Assembly (NCBI GenBank): GCA_902477075.1
Contig: CABSFU010000003.1
Span: 34,277-98,276 of the forward strand
Direction of reading: 5' to 3'
DNA: 64,000 bases
Source: an uncultured Bacillales bacterium
GTDB taxonomy: Bacteria; Bacillota_I; Bacilli_A; RF39; UBA660
The notes under the pieces are model-generated. The model was given only the letters and a program-made list of their open reading frames with translations. It searched no databases and was not told where the DNA came from. The position numbers and the translations under genes are program-made. Below are positions 7,231-19,067 of the stretch, piece after piece (the first letter of the stretch is position 1; each line of letters opens with the position of its first letter).

Positions 7231-8469
7231 TTACCATTCAATAAATCTTTCCCAATTTTCTTTTACAGAACTTGAAACACAATCAAAATACGTTTCCAAT
7301 TGTCTACTGATTAGCTTAGCTTTTTCATTGATAGGATTTCCTGCACTATAATAATCTTTCTTTAATGTTCGAAACATCATATCAGAAAACAATACTGCTC
7401 TATCTTCTTTGTAATCAGATTTACTATAAGCAGATAAAAAATAAGCAGGGTTGGAATAATAATATACATATTCAGTAGTTTGAGCTCCATATACAAAACC
7501 ACTTGGATTATAATCTTTCATGCTATTTTCTAATGTACTTGCTCCTATAATGCTAGCTAAATAACAATCTATATAATGCATTATTTCATGATGAAGTGTG
7601 CTTTCAAATAATAAACTTTCCGTATTAATGAGAATCACTACATTGCTTGGATTTCTGTTGTCTGTTAATCCCGCTACATTACCAGTTATTTGATCTACCA
7701 AATAAATCGTTAATGATTTCCACTTGTTATTGATTTCAAAAAAGAAACCACTTGGATATTTTCTTAAAGCAATGTCAACATTATTTAATGCTGTATGAAT
7801 TTTCTCATCATCATATTGTTTAGTAAAATTAGAGTACGAATTAACATAATTGACATCTGATTCATCTTTATATCCGATATTAACACCGTATTTTGACTTT
7901 ATATTTTTTCTTAAATAGTCATTTGTAATACTCAAGGAACTTTCATTATTTTTGTTTTCTTCTTTTGGTGGTTCAACAGATTCTTCTTTTTTTACAGTAG
8001 TATTATTTGATATAGTATTATCATTATTTTTATTATTTGAATCTTTATTAGAATTCGAATCTTTTTCTGATACACTTGTTTCATCTTTTTTTATGTCACT
8101 GGTTGAATTGTTTTCTTTTTTATTATTAGATTCTTGCTTCTCTTCCGTTTTATTTTCTGATGAATTATTGTGACCTTTTTCTATGTCTTTTTTCTCTTCT
8201 TCTGGTTTCTTTTCTTCCTTTGTTTCCTCATTTTTTTCTGGTTCGCTGTTTTCTATCGGAGAATCATCATTATTCTTGTCATCCTGTTTTTCTTCCTGTT
8301 CATTAGAAACATTTGATTGATCCTTTTCCTCTTTATTTACTGGGGTATCTACTTCATTAGAATTAAACTCTTTTTTAACACTAATACCCACATAATATTT
8401 AACACACAATATCATTATAAATAAAATCATTAATAAAATAACAATAATATTCTTCTTATCTAACTTCAT
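7231..8469 (-). CDS. Membrane-anchored protein with a long acidic/Lys-rich low-complexity linker and a C-terminal HExxH domain (putative zinc metallopeptidase-like)
   Basis: N-terminal TM (IIVILLMILFIMILCV), E/K/N/S-rich region, and HHEIMHYID motif. Confidence 0.55.
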   Translation of the reverse strand: MKLDKKNIIVILLMILFIMILCVKYYVGISVKKEFNSNEVDTPVNKEEKDQSNVSNEQEEKQDDKNNDDSPIENSEPEKNEETKEEKKPEEEKKDIEKGHNNSSENKTEEKQESNNKKENNSTSDIKKDETSVSEKDSNSNKDSNNKNNDNTISNNTTVKKEESVEPPKEENKNNESSLSITNDYLRKNIKSKYGVNIGYKDESDVNYVNSYSNFTKQYDDEKIHTALNNVDIALRKYPSGFFFEINNKWKSLTIYLVDQITGNVAGLTDNRNPSNVVILINTESLLFESTLHHEIMHYIDCYLASIIGASTLENSMKDYNPSGFVYGAQTTEYVYYYSNPAYFLSAYSKSDYKEDRAVLFSDMMFRTLKKDYYSAGNPINEKAKLISRQLETYFDCVSSSVKENWERFIEW

Positions 8470-8618
8470 AAAAAAACTCCTTTTAATAAAATATATTTTA
8501 ATGTTTAATACATTACTTATATTCTATCTTAATAAAAAGAGTTTTTCAACAATGATGAAGTTAATTTTCATAAATTTTTCTTATTTTGAAATTCTATATC
8601 ATCCCTGAACAAAATAAT

Positions 8619-9239
8619 TTACTCATGAATTTTTTTCATTACTAAGTTTATTCCAGATACCTTTACATTCGAAGTCCCTATATCACCTGTTATATCTACA
8701 ATCGTTTGTAAATTAGTTACTTTTTCAAATCGAAAAAGAATATCTTGTGAAAAATTCATCTGTGTTCCATTACCCGCTAACAATTCAAAAGATAAATCCT
8801 TAATGGCATCTCCCTCTTTTGTTTGAAGATACAAAGTTGCGCCATGTGTATCATCTATATTTTCTATAAAACCAGAAAAAATAATCTCATAAATTCCTGG
8901 TTGTACTTCTATTTCAGTGTTATTTAAAATGGTAAAATAATCGGATGGATTTGGTACTATCCAACTATCTAGTAAGGACGCTACTCCAGAATTTTCTAGT
9001 TCTTCATAACTTGTAAAGAAAACACTATCTGTCGATGAAACAGCTACTGGGCCAATCGGTCCTATTTCGCCCTGTGGTCCCATTGGACCAATATCTCCTT
9101 TTTCTCCTTTAGAACCAGTATCCCCCTTTTCACCTTTAGGGCCTTGAGGTCCTACAACCGTACACCCAATTCCTAACCTTAAAAATTTATTTCTTAATTT
9201 TAAGTTTTCTTGTAATTCTTGATATTTATTAACATTCAT
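8619..9239 (-). CDS. Collagen-like triple-helix repeat protein (BclA-type exosporium/surface protein)
   Basis: GXY run [35 protein letters not shown] (about 9047-9154) plus a globular C-terminal domain. ATG at 9239 follows AAGGAGG. Confidence 0.8.
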   Translation of the reverse strand: MNVNKYQELQENLKLRNKFLRLGIGCTVVGPQGPKGEKGDTGSKGEKGDIGPMGPQGEIGPIGPVAVSSTDSVFFTSYEELENSGVASLLDSWIVPNPSDYFTILNNTEIEVQPGIYEIIFSGFIENIDDTHGATLYLQTKEGDAIKDLSFELLAGNGTQMNFSQDILFRFEKVTNLQTIVDITGDIGTSNVKVSGINLVMKKIHE

Positions 9240-9259
9240 CAAAACTACCTCCTTAATCA

Positions 9260-9268
9260 TAATATATG
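9260..9268 (-). promoter_or_regulatory. CATAnnnTA element (sigma-K-type -10-like) upstream of the collagen-like gene
   Basis: CATATATTA lies 20 nt upstream of the ATG. The same arrangement precedes the second collagen-like gene. Confidence 0.2.
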
Positions 9269-9347
9269 GAGAAAATTTCATATTGCATAAATCAATCGTT
9301 TACAAAGAAAAATCTTATATAAAAAACTTCACAATGTGAAGTTCATT

Positions 9348-9971
9348 TTATTCGTTATAAGAATCTATAATGTCTACAAAAAATTTTGTGGTTGCGGTCA
9401 TCATATAAGGATATAACCAAATCAAAATAATACCAAAAGTACAAGGAACTAATAACATCCATCCTAAGAAACTAATTCCCAATACAAATAAGTCTAATTT
9501 ATTTCCATTCATCATTTTACGACTTAATTCTAAAGTTTCTGTAATACTTAAATCTTTATTAGTTACTAATAAATAAGGTACTAGTGCATAAGAAAATGCT
9601 AGATAAATTCCTGGAATAATGAAGAAAATAAAACCTATCATAATAACAAATGACATTAAAATAGAAGCCCCAATTATTTTAAAGGTATCATCATAAGGTG
9701 CAAATATAGCATCTCTATTAAAGGTATCATTTTGAACAAATCCCATCATATATCCATTTAAACCAATTTGAAGTGGAACTAGTAAAAATTCTACAACCAA
9801 AGATACAATAAAAGTAATATAGCTCGTTTCTCCAAAAATAATTTGTACAATTCCAACGCCAAAAGAAAATAATAAACTAATGGCAAAAATAATTCCGATT
9901 CCTATAAAAATATTACCTATGTTTCCGGATATTTTTTGTTTTGCCCATTCTTTTAATTCAACTCTATTCAT
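9348..9971 (-). CDS. DUF975-family integral membrane protein
   Basis: The N-terminus (RVELKEWAKQKISGNIGN) and the multi-TM profile are typical of DUF975. Confidence 0.6.
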   Translation of the reverse strand: MNRVELKEWAKQKISGNIGNIFIGIGIIFAISLLFSFGVGIVQIIFGETSYITFIVSLVVEFLLVPLQIGLNGYMMGFVQNDTFNRDAIFAPYDDTFKIIGASILMSFVIMIGFIFFIIPGIYLAFSYALVPYLLVTNKDLSITETLELSRKMMNGNKLDLFVLGISFLGWMLLVPCTFGIILIWLYPYMMTATTKFFVDIIDSYNE

Positions 9972-10014
9972 AAAATCCTCCTACTAACAGTATACTCGTA
10001 TTTTTCCAAAATTT

Positions 10015-12218
<2,204 letters not shown>

Positions 12219-12219
12219 T

Positions 12220-14298
12220 TTAATCAACCTTTCTAATGGAAATATGTCCTTTTATTAATTTTTGAATGCCATGTGGATGTGGAAAAGCTACCGTAAGAAT
12301 TTTAGAATCCATACTGATAATAATTCCCTCTCCATATTTATCATGACAAATTTTTTCACCAATTTGATATTCTTCATTTTTATTAATCACTTGTTTTTTA
12401 TCAAACGTTTTTGGAGCATTTGTTTCTTCTTTTTCTAAGTATTCTTCATTGATTTCATTGATGAATCGACTTGGAGGATTATAACTAATATCCCCAAAAA
12501 TCATTCTTTTTCTAGCATTTGTTAAATACAATTTCTTCTTTGCTCTAGTTACTGCTACATAGCATAAACGTCTTTCTTCTTCTATTTGTTCACTATCTAA
12601 TAATGAATTACGGTGTGGGAAAAGAGTTTCTTCCATCCCCATTAAGAAAACATAGTCAAATTCTAGTCCTTTTGCGGAATGAATTGTCATTAAAGTAATA
12701 ACATCTTTATTATCTTTATGTTCTTCTATATCTGATACTAAACTAATAGAATCCAAAAATTCATCTAATGATATGATACCATATTTATCTTCAAAATTTC
12801 TAGCTACTGTTTTAAATTCATTTAAGTTTTCTAGTCTTATTTCAGCTTCTATCGTTTTTTCGTTTTCTAATTCTTGTTTTAAACCTGTTTCATTTAAAAT
12901 GTAATCAATCAATTCTGTTAGGGATAATTCTTCTTGTTTTTGCTTAATTTTTTCTATAATATTTTTAAATTGTAATTCTTTTCCACTATCAATTGCTTCA
13001 TAAATCGATTTATTTTCACTAATTGCTTTTAGTGTCAAATTTTCAATTGTTTTTAAACCAATTCCTCTTTTAGGAGTATTAATAATACGAAGTAAACTAA
13101 TATCATCATGTGGATTATAAATTAATTTTAAATAAGATATTAAATCTTTAATTTCTTTTCTATTATAGAAATAAAAACTTCCTACCACTTTATAAGGAAT
13201 ATTATGATGTAATAGTTCTTCTTCTATGATACGAGATTGTGCATTCGTACGATATAGTACAGCAATATTACTTTTTTCTACTCCATTATCAATCAGTTTT
13301 TGAATTTCATTTTTAACATAATTTGCTTCATCTTTTTCATTTTCTGCTTTATGATATGTTATTTTTTCACCATCATTATTTTGAGTCCATAGATTTTTTT
13401 CTTTTCTTTGTTTATTATTTTTAATAATATCATTTGCTACATTTAAAATGCATTTCGTAGAACGATAATTTTCTTCTAATAAAATTGTTTTATTATTTGG
13501 ATAATCTTTTTCAAAATTTAGTATATTCTTGTAATTGGCGCCCCTAAAAGCATAAATACTTTGATCAATATCACCTACCACAAAAATATTTTTATATTTC
13601 GCACTTAATAATTTAGATAACATATATTGAGCATAATTGGTATCTTGATACTCATCAATTAAGATATATTCAAATCTATCTTGATATTTTGATAGGATAT
13701 CAGGATTATTTTTAAATAAAATAATCGGTAACATCAATAAATCATCAAAGTCTAAAGAATTTCCTAATTTTAGTCTCTTTTCGTAATTTAAATACACTTC
13801 ATATACCTTTTTTTCAAATTCTGTTAGAGCATATTTTTCATATGATTTTGCGTCTATCAATTCGTTTTTAGCGGAACTTATAGCATTTCTAATAGCTCTT
13901 GGATTAAAGGCTTTATCATCTATTCCTTTTTCTTTCATTATTTTTTTAATTAATGTTAAGACATCTTCACTATCTAAAATTGTAAAATTAGATTGATAAT
14001 TTAATTTTTCACAATTTTCTCTGATAAATAGAAGTCCTAAGGAATGATAAGTAGAAATTTGAATTTTATTTGAATTCTCCACCATTTTAGAAATTCTTTC
14101 TTTCATTTCAGTTGCCGCTTTATTGGTAAAAGTGATGGCTAAAATGTTTCTAGGATTAACCCCTTTTTCATTGATTAAATAAGCTACCCTTGTTGTAAGG
14201 ACTTTTGTTTTACCACTTCCAGCACCGGCTAGTACTAAAACCGCACCTTCTGTTTCTTTTACAGCTTCCTTTTGTTTTTCATTTAAATTATCTAACAT
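12220..14298 (-). CDS. pcrA: ATP-dependent DNA helicase PcrA (UvrD family)
   Basis: LNEKQKEAV, AGAGSGKT, DEYQDT and the remaining SF1 motifs. Start taken at MLDNLNEKQ (14298); the track ORF starts at 14328. Confidence 0.95.
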   Translation of the reverse strand: MLDNLNEKQKEAVKETEGAVLVLAGAGSGKTKVLTTRVAYLINEKGVNPRNILAITFTNKAATEMKERISKMVENSNKIQISTYHSLGLLFIRENCEKLNYQSNFTILDSEDVLTLIKKIMKEKGIDDKAFNPRAIRNAISSAKNELIDAKSYEKYALTEFEKKVYEVYLNYEKRLKLGNSLDFDDLLMLPIILFKNNPDILSKYQDRFEYILIDEYQDTNYAQYMLSKLLSAKYKNIFVVGDIDQSIYAFRGANYKNILNFEKDYPNNKTILLEENYRSTKCILNVANDIIKNNKQRKEKNLWTQNNDGEKITYHKAENEKDEANYVKNEIQKLIDNGVEKSNIAVLYRTNAQSRIIEEELLHHNIPYKVVGSFYFYNRKEIKDLISYLKLIYNPHDDISLLRIINTPKRGIGLKTIENLTLKAISENKSIYEAIDSGKELQFKNIIEKIKQKQEELSLTELIDYILNETGLKQELENEKTIEAEIRLENLNEFKTVARNFEDKYGIISLDEFLDSISLVSDIEEHKDNKDVITLMTIHSAKGLEFDYVFLMGMEETLFPHRNSLLDSEQIEEERRLCYVAVTRAKKKLYLTNARKRMIFGDISYNPPSRFINEINEEYLEKEETNAPKTFDKKQVINKNEEYQIGEKICHDKYGEGIIISMDSKILTVAFPHPHGIQKLIKGHISIRKVD

Positions 14299-15004
14299 GA
14301 TGTTCACCATTTTCTTTTTCATATTCAACTAAACATTGAGCAATAGCTTGTCTTAAAAGTGGTAGACTATCTTTTTGCTTTTGTGAATCCGTCGAAGTAT
14401 TCCAAATGACTGCTCTTGTAAAATTATCTCGACATTCATCTGTTAAATTGCCATATTCCAATCTATAGTGACCAAAATCAAATAAAAGCTGATCCATTAA
14501 TTCTACATATTCTCTTAAAAATTCTCTTAATGTTCTACTATTTCCTTCACGAAAAGGATGAATATAGTATAATTCCATATAATTATCTGCTAGAAAATCT
14601 AATAATTGGTCTTTGGATTTTAATTTTACAGCTTGTTTTTTCATAAGTTTTAATCGTTCATTTAAAGCATCATATATAAAATCTGGATTACAATATATTC
14701 GGATTCCTTCTTCACCCTCTATTTCATCATTTGTTTTATTGGTAAATTCTTCTCTTAATTTACCAGCAAATGGATATAAACTTTCAAATAAATATCGATG
14801 AATAGCAAGATAATGGTTATAAGTAAGATCTCTTTTGAAGTCTCCTTTTCCTAAAATTAACTCTGTTAAGTTGTAATTTACTAGCATTTTTTCTAATTGA
14901 AGTAATTCTTTTTTATCCATAATATTTCTGTTATTAATCAAAACAGAAGTACCTGGATAACAATAAATAGATTGATTACTTGGATTTATCTCTTTGGTTT
15001 TCAT
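14288..15004 (-). CDS. Fic-domain protein (class I FicT/VbhT-like layout)
   Basis: HPFREGNSRTLREF motif. The N-terminus (YCYPGTSVLINNRNI) is typical of Fic toxins. Its stop overlaps the pcrA start region. Confidence 0.85.
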   Translation of the reverse strand: MKTKEINPSNQSIYCYPGTSVLINNRNIMDKKELLQLEKMLVNYNLTELILGKGDFKRDLTYNHYLAIHRYLFESLYPFAGKLREEFTNKTNDEIEGEEGIRIYCNPDFIYDALNERLKLMKKQAVKLKSKDQLLDFLADNYMELYYIHPFREGNSRTLREFLREYVELMDQLLFDFGHYRLEYGNLTDECRDNFTRAVIWNTSTDSQKQKDSLPLLRQAIAQCLVEYEKENGEHHVR

Positions 15005-15173
15005 CTTTTATTTGTTCTGTTAATTCATATAAACTAGTAAAAAAACTTTTTCCTGTTATTTTAGCATTTAAAATAGCCTGATTAATAATATCTACTTCAT
15101 TTTGATTTAAAGGTGTTTGATCAATTGACGAATTTGCATTTGCTTCTTTTAATGCTTGATTAAATTTATCCAT
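14976..15173 (-). CDS. Small 65-aa protein upstream of and overlapping Fic; positional antitoxin candidate
   Basis: GGAGGAA RBS and a 29-nt overlap with the Fic ORF. No clear (S/T)xxxE(G/N) inhibitory motif is visible. Confidence 0.45.
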   Translation of the reverse strand: MDKFNQALKEANANSSIDQTPLNQNEVDIINQAILNAKITGKSFFTSLYELTEQIKDENQRDKSK

Positions 15174-15182
15174 AGTTCCTCC

Positions 15183-15671
15183 TTATATATTATCAATATA
15201 GTTTTCTAAATTTTTGATTATTTTTTTATTATTACTAATATATTTTTTAGGTTTAAATTCTTTTAATTCTTCCCATTTTTCTTTCAAATCTTTTATATCA
15301 ATACAACTAAGTATATAACCCATATCAGTAAATTTTTCTGTTATTTGAAGTTGGTGATCATTTTCATGTTCATCATATTTTGCTTGTCTTGGTACTACTA
15401 GAACTTTTTTGTTTTTTTGGAGTGAATCTAAAATGGAACCTACTCCACCATGAGTAATAACATAGTCACATTTTTTTATGTAATCATTAAATGTTTTCAT
15501 ATCCAGATAATCATGTATTTCCATGTATTTGCTTTTAAATATCGTAGATCCTGCTTGTACAATTACTTGTTCTGTTATATTTCCTTTTTTTATTTCTTTT
15601 TCTAATGCTTTCAGTAATCTAGTAAAGGGTTTATCTTGCGTTCCTAATATAACGAAAATCAAAATATCCAC
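15183..15671 (-). CDS. PssE/Cps14G-type glycosyltransferase subunit (Alg13-like, GT28 C-terminal domain)
   Basis: IFVILGTQDKPFTRLL and HGGVGSI motifs. A GTG start at 15671 overlaps the upstream gene's stop. Confidence 0.7.
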   Translation of the reverse strand: MDILIFVILGTQDKPFTRLLKALEKEIKKGNITEQVIVQAGSTIFKSKYMEIHDYLDMKTFNDYIKKCDYVITHGGVGSILDSLQKNKKVLVVPRQAKYDEHENDHQLQITEKFTDMGYILSCIDIKDLKEKWEELKEFKPKKYISNNKKIIKNLENYIDNI

Positions 15672-16129
15672 CCCCAACAAACAGCTTTTGGATATAATTT
15701 TAACATTTCTTCCCACTGTACAATAAATAAATCTGCAAATTTGTAGATTAACCTTCCTGTCATGGTTTTTGTATTGATATTGGCAAACGTTTCAATATAG
15801 ATAATTTTACTTCTACCTAGCTTTCCAATACAGCACATAGGGCCTGCTGTATGGGCTCCTGTTGTAATAATAACATCTGGTCTAATTAGTAAATAATAAT
15901 ATAAACTTTTAAAGCAATTATATAATAATTTGAATGGATAAGTAAACGGTTTATGTTTTGTTCCATAGACTAAAAAGTGAATTTTGTTTCCATATTCTTC
16001 TTTTAATTTTAAATTCGATTTTGTCTTTTCTGTAATAATATAAGAATCATATTTTTCAAACATTGGTTTTAATTGCAATAATTCGTTTAAATGACCACCT
16101 GTTGAAGAAATGAATAATACCTTTTTCAT
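15659..16129 (-). CDS. PssD/Cps14F-type glycosyltransferase subunit (Alg14-like)
   Basis: MKKVLFISSTGGHLNELLQL N-terminus, with the expected size and pairing to the Alg13-like gene. Confidence 0.7.
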   Translation of the reverse strand: MKKVLFISSTGGHLNELLQLKPMFEKYDSYIITEKTKSNLKLKEEYGNKIHFLVYGTKHKPFTYPFKLLYNCFKSLYYYLLIRPDVIITTGAHTAGPMCCIGKLGRSKIIYIETFANINTKTMTGRLIYKFADLFIVQWEEMLKLYPKAVCWGWIF

Positions 16130-16219
16130 GTTATTCCTCCATTCAAATTCTTTTATTTATTATATCATGTTTTCTGTATTCATCATAGTTTTAAAAAGAA
16201 AAAAGAGATTTTTCATCTC

Positions 16220-16969
16220 TTAAAATTTCCAAACATCATCATCTTCTGTATCTTCATTTAGTTCTTTATCTAAACTTTCAATACTTGGAAGATCTATTTC
16301 AGGAATATCTTCTGATTCTTCTTTTTTATCTGATTTTTCTTTTTTATCTGATTCTTTCTTTTCCTCCGGTGTTTCAAATATGTATTCTTCTTGTGGTTTT
16401 TCTTCCATTTCTTTTTTTGGTTCTTCTGGTACTTCTAAAGCTGGCTCTTCCATTGGTTCAAATAAATCAGATTTTGGTTGTTCTTCTAAAGTAGGATTTT
16501 CTTCTACTACATTTTGTTCAACTGATCGTTCTTCTGGAGCAGATAATGTTTCATTAGATGGCACATCTTCACTGCTTGTTTCTACTTCTGGTTGATTCAC
16601 TTCTGCTTTTTCTTGTTCTAAAGCTTCTTTTTGTTGTCTTTTTTCTTCTTCTCTTGCTCTTTTTGCTTCTTCTTTTTGACGTTTTGCTTCTTCTTTGGCT
16701 TTTCTAGCTTCCTCTTTTTGTGCCTGTCTCAAAGCTTTTTTATCTATTTTTTCAGGTTCTTCTACCATAGAGTTTGGTGTTACTGTATCATCTACGAATT
16801 CATCTGTATCAAATGCAGGTTCTACCTTTTCTTTTTTTTGTTTTTTGATACTTTCTTTTCCGAAATCTGTTTTATCAGCAATGTAACCGATAATAGTCAT
16901 TAATACAACAATGCCAATAATAATGATCCAAATATAATTTTCCACCATAAAATTTAATAATAGTTCCAT
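16220..16969 (-). CDS. Membrane-anchored, highly charged E/K-rich protein of unknown function
   Basis: One N-terminal TM followed by repetitive KEEAKRQKEEAKRAREEEKRQ-type sequence. Confidence 0.55.
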   Translation of the reverse strand: MELLLNFMVENYIWIIIIGIVVLMTIIGYIADKTDFGKESIKKQKKEKVEPAFDTDEFVDDTVTPNSMVEEPEKIDKKALRQAQKEEARKAKEEAKRQKEEAKRAREEEKRQQKEALEQEKAEVNQPEVETSSEDVPSNETLSAPEERSVEQNVVEENPTLEEQPKSDLFEPMEEPALEVPEEPKKEMEEKPQEEYIFETPEEKKESDKKEKSDKKEESEDIPEIDLPSIESLDKELNEDTEDDDVWKF

Positions 16970-17031
16970 ATAATCCTCCTTATTCTTATATTAATATATT
17001 ATCATTATTTAGATTTGTTTACAATAGTTTT

Positions 17032-17538
17032 TTATTCTTCCAAATAATTTTCACCTTTAAATGGTTCAGCTCTAAGCAAATCTTTATAATCTTGTTGTCT
17101 TAGTGCTTCATAGACCAATATAGCAACCGTATTCGACAGGTTCAAAGCTCTAACATTAGATGTCATAGGAATACGCATACAATGTTCTAAATCTTTTTTT
17201 AATATTTCTTTTGGAATACCAGTACTTTCTTTTCCAAAAATAAAGTAAATGTTTTCCTTTTTATTACTATAATCAAATGTAGTATGTGGTTTCTTACCAT
17301 ACCTGGTTAAATAATAGTAAGTTCCTTTATTTTTAGACACAAAATCATCAAAATTTTCATAAACCGTAATATCACATTTATCAAAATAATTTACAGCACA
17401 CCTTTTTAAATATTTTTCTTCTAATGAAAAACCAAGGGGTTTAATTAAATGAAGTTTTGTGGCAGTTGCTACACAGGTGCGAATAATATTTCCTGTATTA
17501 GCTGGTATTTCTGGTTCAAATAATACAACGTTTATCAT
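17032..17538 (-). CDS. trmL: tRNA (cytidine/uridine-2'-O)-methyltransferase, SpoU/TrmL type
   Basis: VVLFEPEIPANTGNIIRTC, LHLIKPLGF, and the C-terminal SLNLSN-like motif. Confidence 0.8.
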   Translation of the reverse strand: MINVVLFEPEIPANTGNIIRTCVATATKLHLIKPLGFSLEEKYLKRCAVNYFDKCDITVYENFDDFVSKNKGTYYYLTRYGKKPHTTFDYSNKKENIYFIFGKESTGIPKEILKKDLEHCMRIPMTSNVRALNLSNTVAILVYEALRQQDYKDLLRAEPFKGENYLEE

Positions 17539-17579
17539 AATATCCTCCCTTACAAAGAAAAAACTTAAATTAATAAGTT

Positions 17580-18545
17580 TTAATAATATTCACTGGCTCC
17601 TTTTATTTCTTCTACTGTTACAACAGGTAATTCTATTCCAAGTTCATTTGTATATTTTTTAAATTTTTCTCTAAATAGGTTTAACTCTTTTACAATACTA
17701 TCTGGATAAATTCTCTTGCTTGTTTTAATAGCATTATAAACATCTAATATAGTAACTTCATTTCTATTTTCAAATAGAGCATTTGAAAAAGATGCTTGTA
17801 AAACAGAAAAAGAAATATCTGGATACATAGCAGATAAGCCATATACACGTTTAAATTCAGAAGTTGCACTTACAATAGATTCTATTAATAATTGTCTTAA
17901 ATACTCATTCTGAACAAATTTACAGTTCGTTTGTTTTTCTATTTTAGGAATTGTTCCTAATAAAATTTGAACCGTTACCGCTTCGCTTGGCTCTAATACT
18001 TCGATACGTTCAAAACGTCTTAGAAACGCTCTATCACGAATCACATAAGTTTCATATTCTTCTGTTGTGGTTGCTCCAATTGCTTTGATATCTCCACGAT
18101 CTAGTCCAGGTTTTAAAATATTTGCTAGATCCATTGGATTTTCTTTGGTTTGACCCATTAACGTATGAATTTCATCAATAAATAAAATGATTTTTTCTAA
18201 TCCTTTAATTTCTTCCATTAAAAGAGAAATAACCATTTCTTCTCTCCCATTTATTGTTATTTTTCCCTGTAGAGAAGTTGAGTTTAATTTAATTATTTTA
18301 TATCCTTGTAAAGCAACTGGGACTTCATTTTTTTGAATTAAATACGCAAGTCCCTCTACAATAGCTGTTTTACCAATTCCGGCTTTTCCAACTAATAATC
18401 CTGATTTTTCAGGTGTAAGTAAAACGAGAATTAGTTTTTTGATTTCTTCTTCTCTTGCAATAGCTGGGTTAGTAATATAAGTTTTAGCAGTTAAATCTTC
18501 TCCATATGTGTCAATTACACTAAATGTTTGAAATAATTCTTCCAT
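17580..18545 (-). CDS. Single-ring AAA+ ATPase resembling the ClpA/ClpB D1 module
   Basis: Walker A GKAGIGKTA, Walker B ILFIDEIH, and AIGATTTEEY...RDRAFLRRF. There is no N-domain and no second ring. Confidence 0.75.
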   Translation of the reverse strand: MEELFQTFSVIDTYGEDLTAKTYITNPAIAREEEIKKLILVLLTPEKSGLLVGKAGIGKTAIVEGLAYLIQKNEVPVALQGYKIIKLNSTSLQGKITINGREEMVISLLMEEIKGLEKIILFIDEIHTLMGQTKENPMDLANILKPGLDRGDIKAIGATTTEEYETYVIRDRAFLRRFERIEVLEPSEAVTVQILLGTIPKIEKQTNCKFVQNEYLRQLLIESIVSATSEFKRVYGLSAMYPDISFSVLQASFSNALFENRNEVTILDVYNAIKTSKRIYPDSIVKELNLFREKFKKYTNELGIELPVVTVEEIKGASEYY

Positions 18546-19012
18546 TATTTATTTTCCTCTAAATAATTATAACGAACTAGGAAATCAACAACAGATTGTT
18601 CATCTTTAGAACCTACTAATTTTTTAGATTGTGTTACTCCCTCTTTGAACACTACCGTTGTAGGTGTTCCTGTAACAAATGTTTTGTTTGAAATTTTAGA
18701 GTATTCCTCTTCTGATAATTCAGCAAGGTTAATCGAATATACCTCTAAATGATAGTAAGAAATTACTTTGTTTAATATTGGCTCAAAATCTTCACAATGA
18801 GAACATCCTGTTTGCCACATTAATAAAACAAAAGAATCTTTATTATTTATTTTTTGTTCATATTCCTCAAAAGATAACGCAATTGGTTCCTTTAAATTAT
18901 CACTTACTTTTGTATCAGAAGATACTTTATAGTTTTTTAAAATCCCAGATTCTGTATTTGTACATCCAGTTACTAATACAATAGATAGTAATATCATTAT
19001 TAATTTTTTCAT
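18545..19012 (-). CDS. Thioredoxin-fold lipoprotein
   Basis: Lipobox LVTGC and CxxC motif (WQTGCSHCEDF). Its stop overlaps the AAA+ start (TAATG). Confidence 0.75.
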   Translation of the reverse strand: MKKLIMILLSIVLVTGCTNTESGILKNYKVSSDTKVSDNLKEPIALSFEEYEQKINNKDSFVLLMWQTGCSHCEDFEPILNKVISYYHLEVYSINLAELSEEEYSKISNKTFVTGTPTTVVFKEGVTQSKKLVGSKDEQSVVDFLVRYNYLEENK

Positions 19013-19067
19013 ATCATCACCGAATTCATTATAACTTATTTTTGTGAAAAAAAAAAGATAATATCTT

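Noticed and set aside
7952-8173. 73-aa plus-strand ORF
   Set aside because: It is antisense to the low-complexity linker of the HExxH protein. This is a mirror-image S/F/L-rich artefact.
14976-15173. Calling the 65-aa ORF a bona fide VbhA/FicA antitoxin
   Set aside because: The position fits, but I could not find the (S/T)xxxE(G/N) motif by eye. It is reported only as a positional candidate.
16285-16903. Four overlapping plus-strand ORFs (16285-16494, 16380-16595, 16631-16903, 16695-16886)
   Set aside because: All are antisense to the E/K-rich gene. The repetitive GAA/AAG coding sequence gives open F/L/S-rich frames on the other strand.
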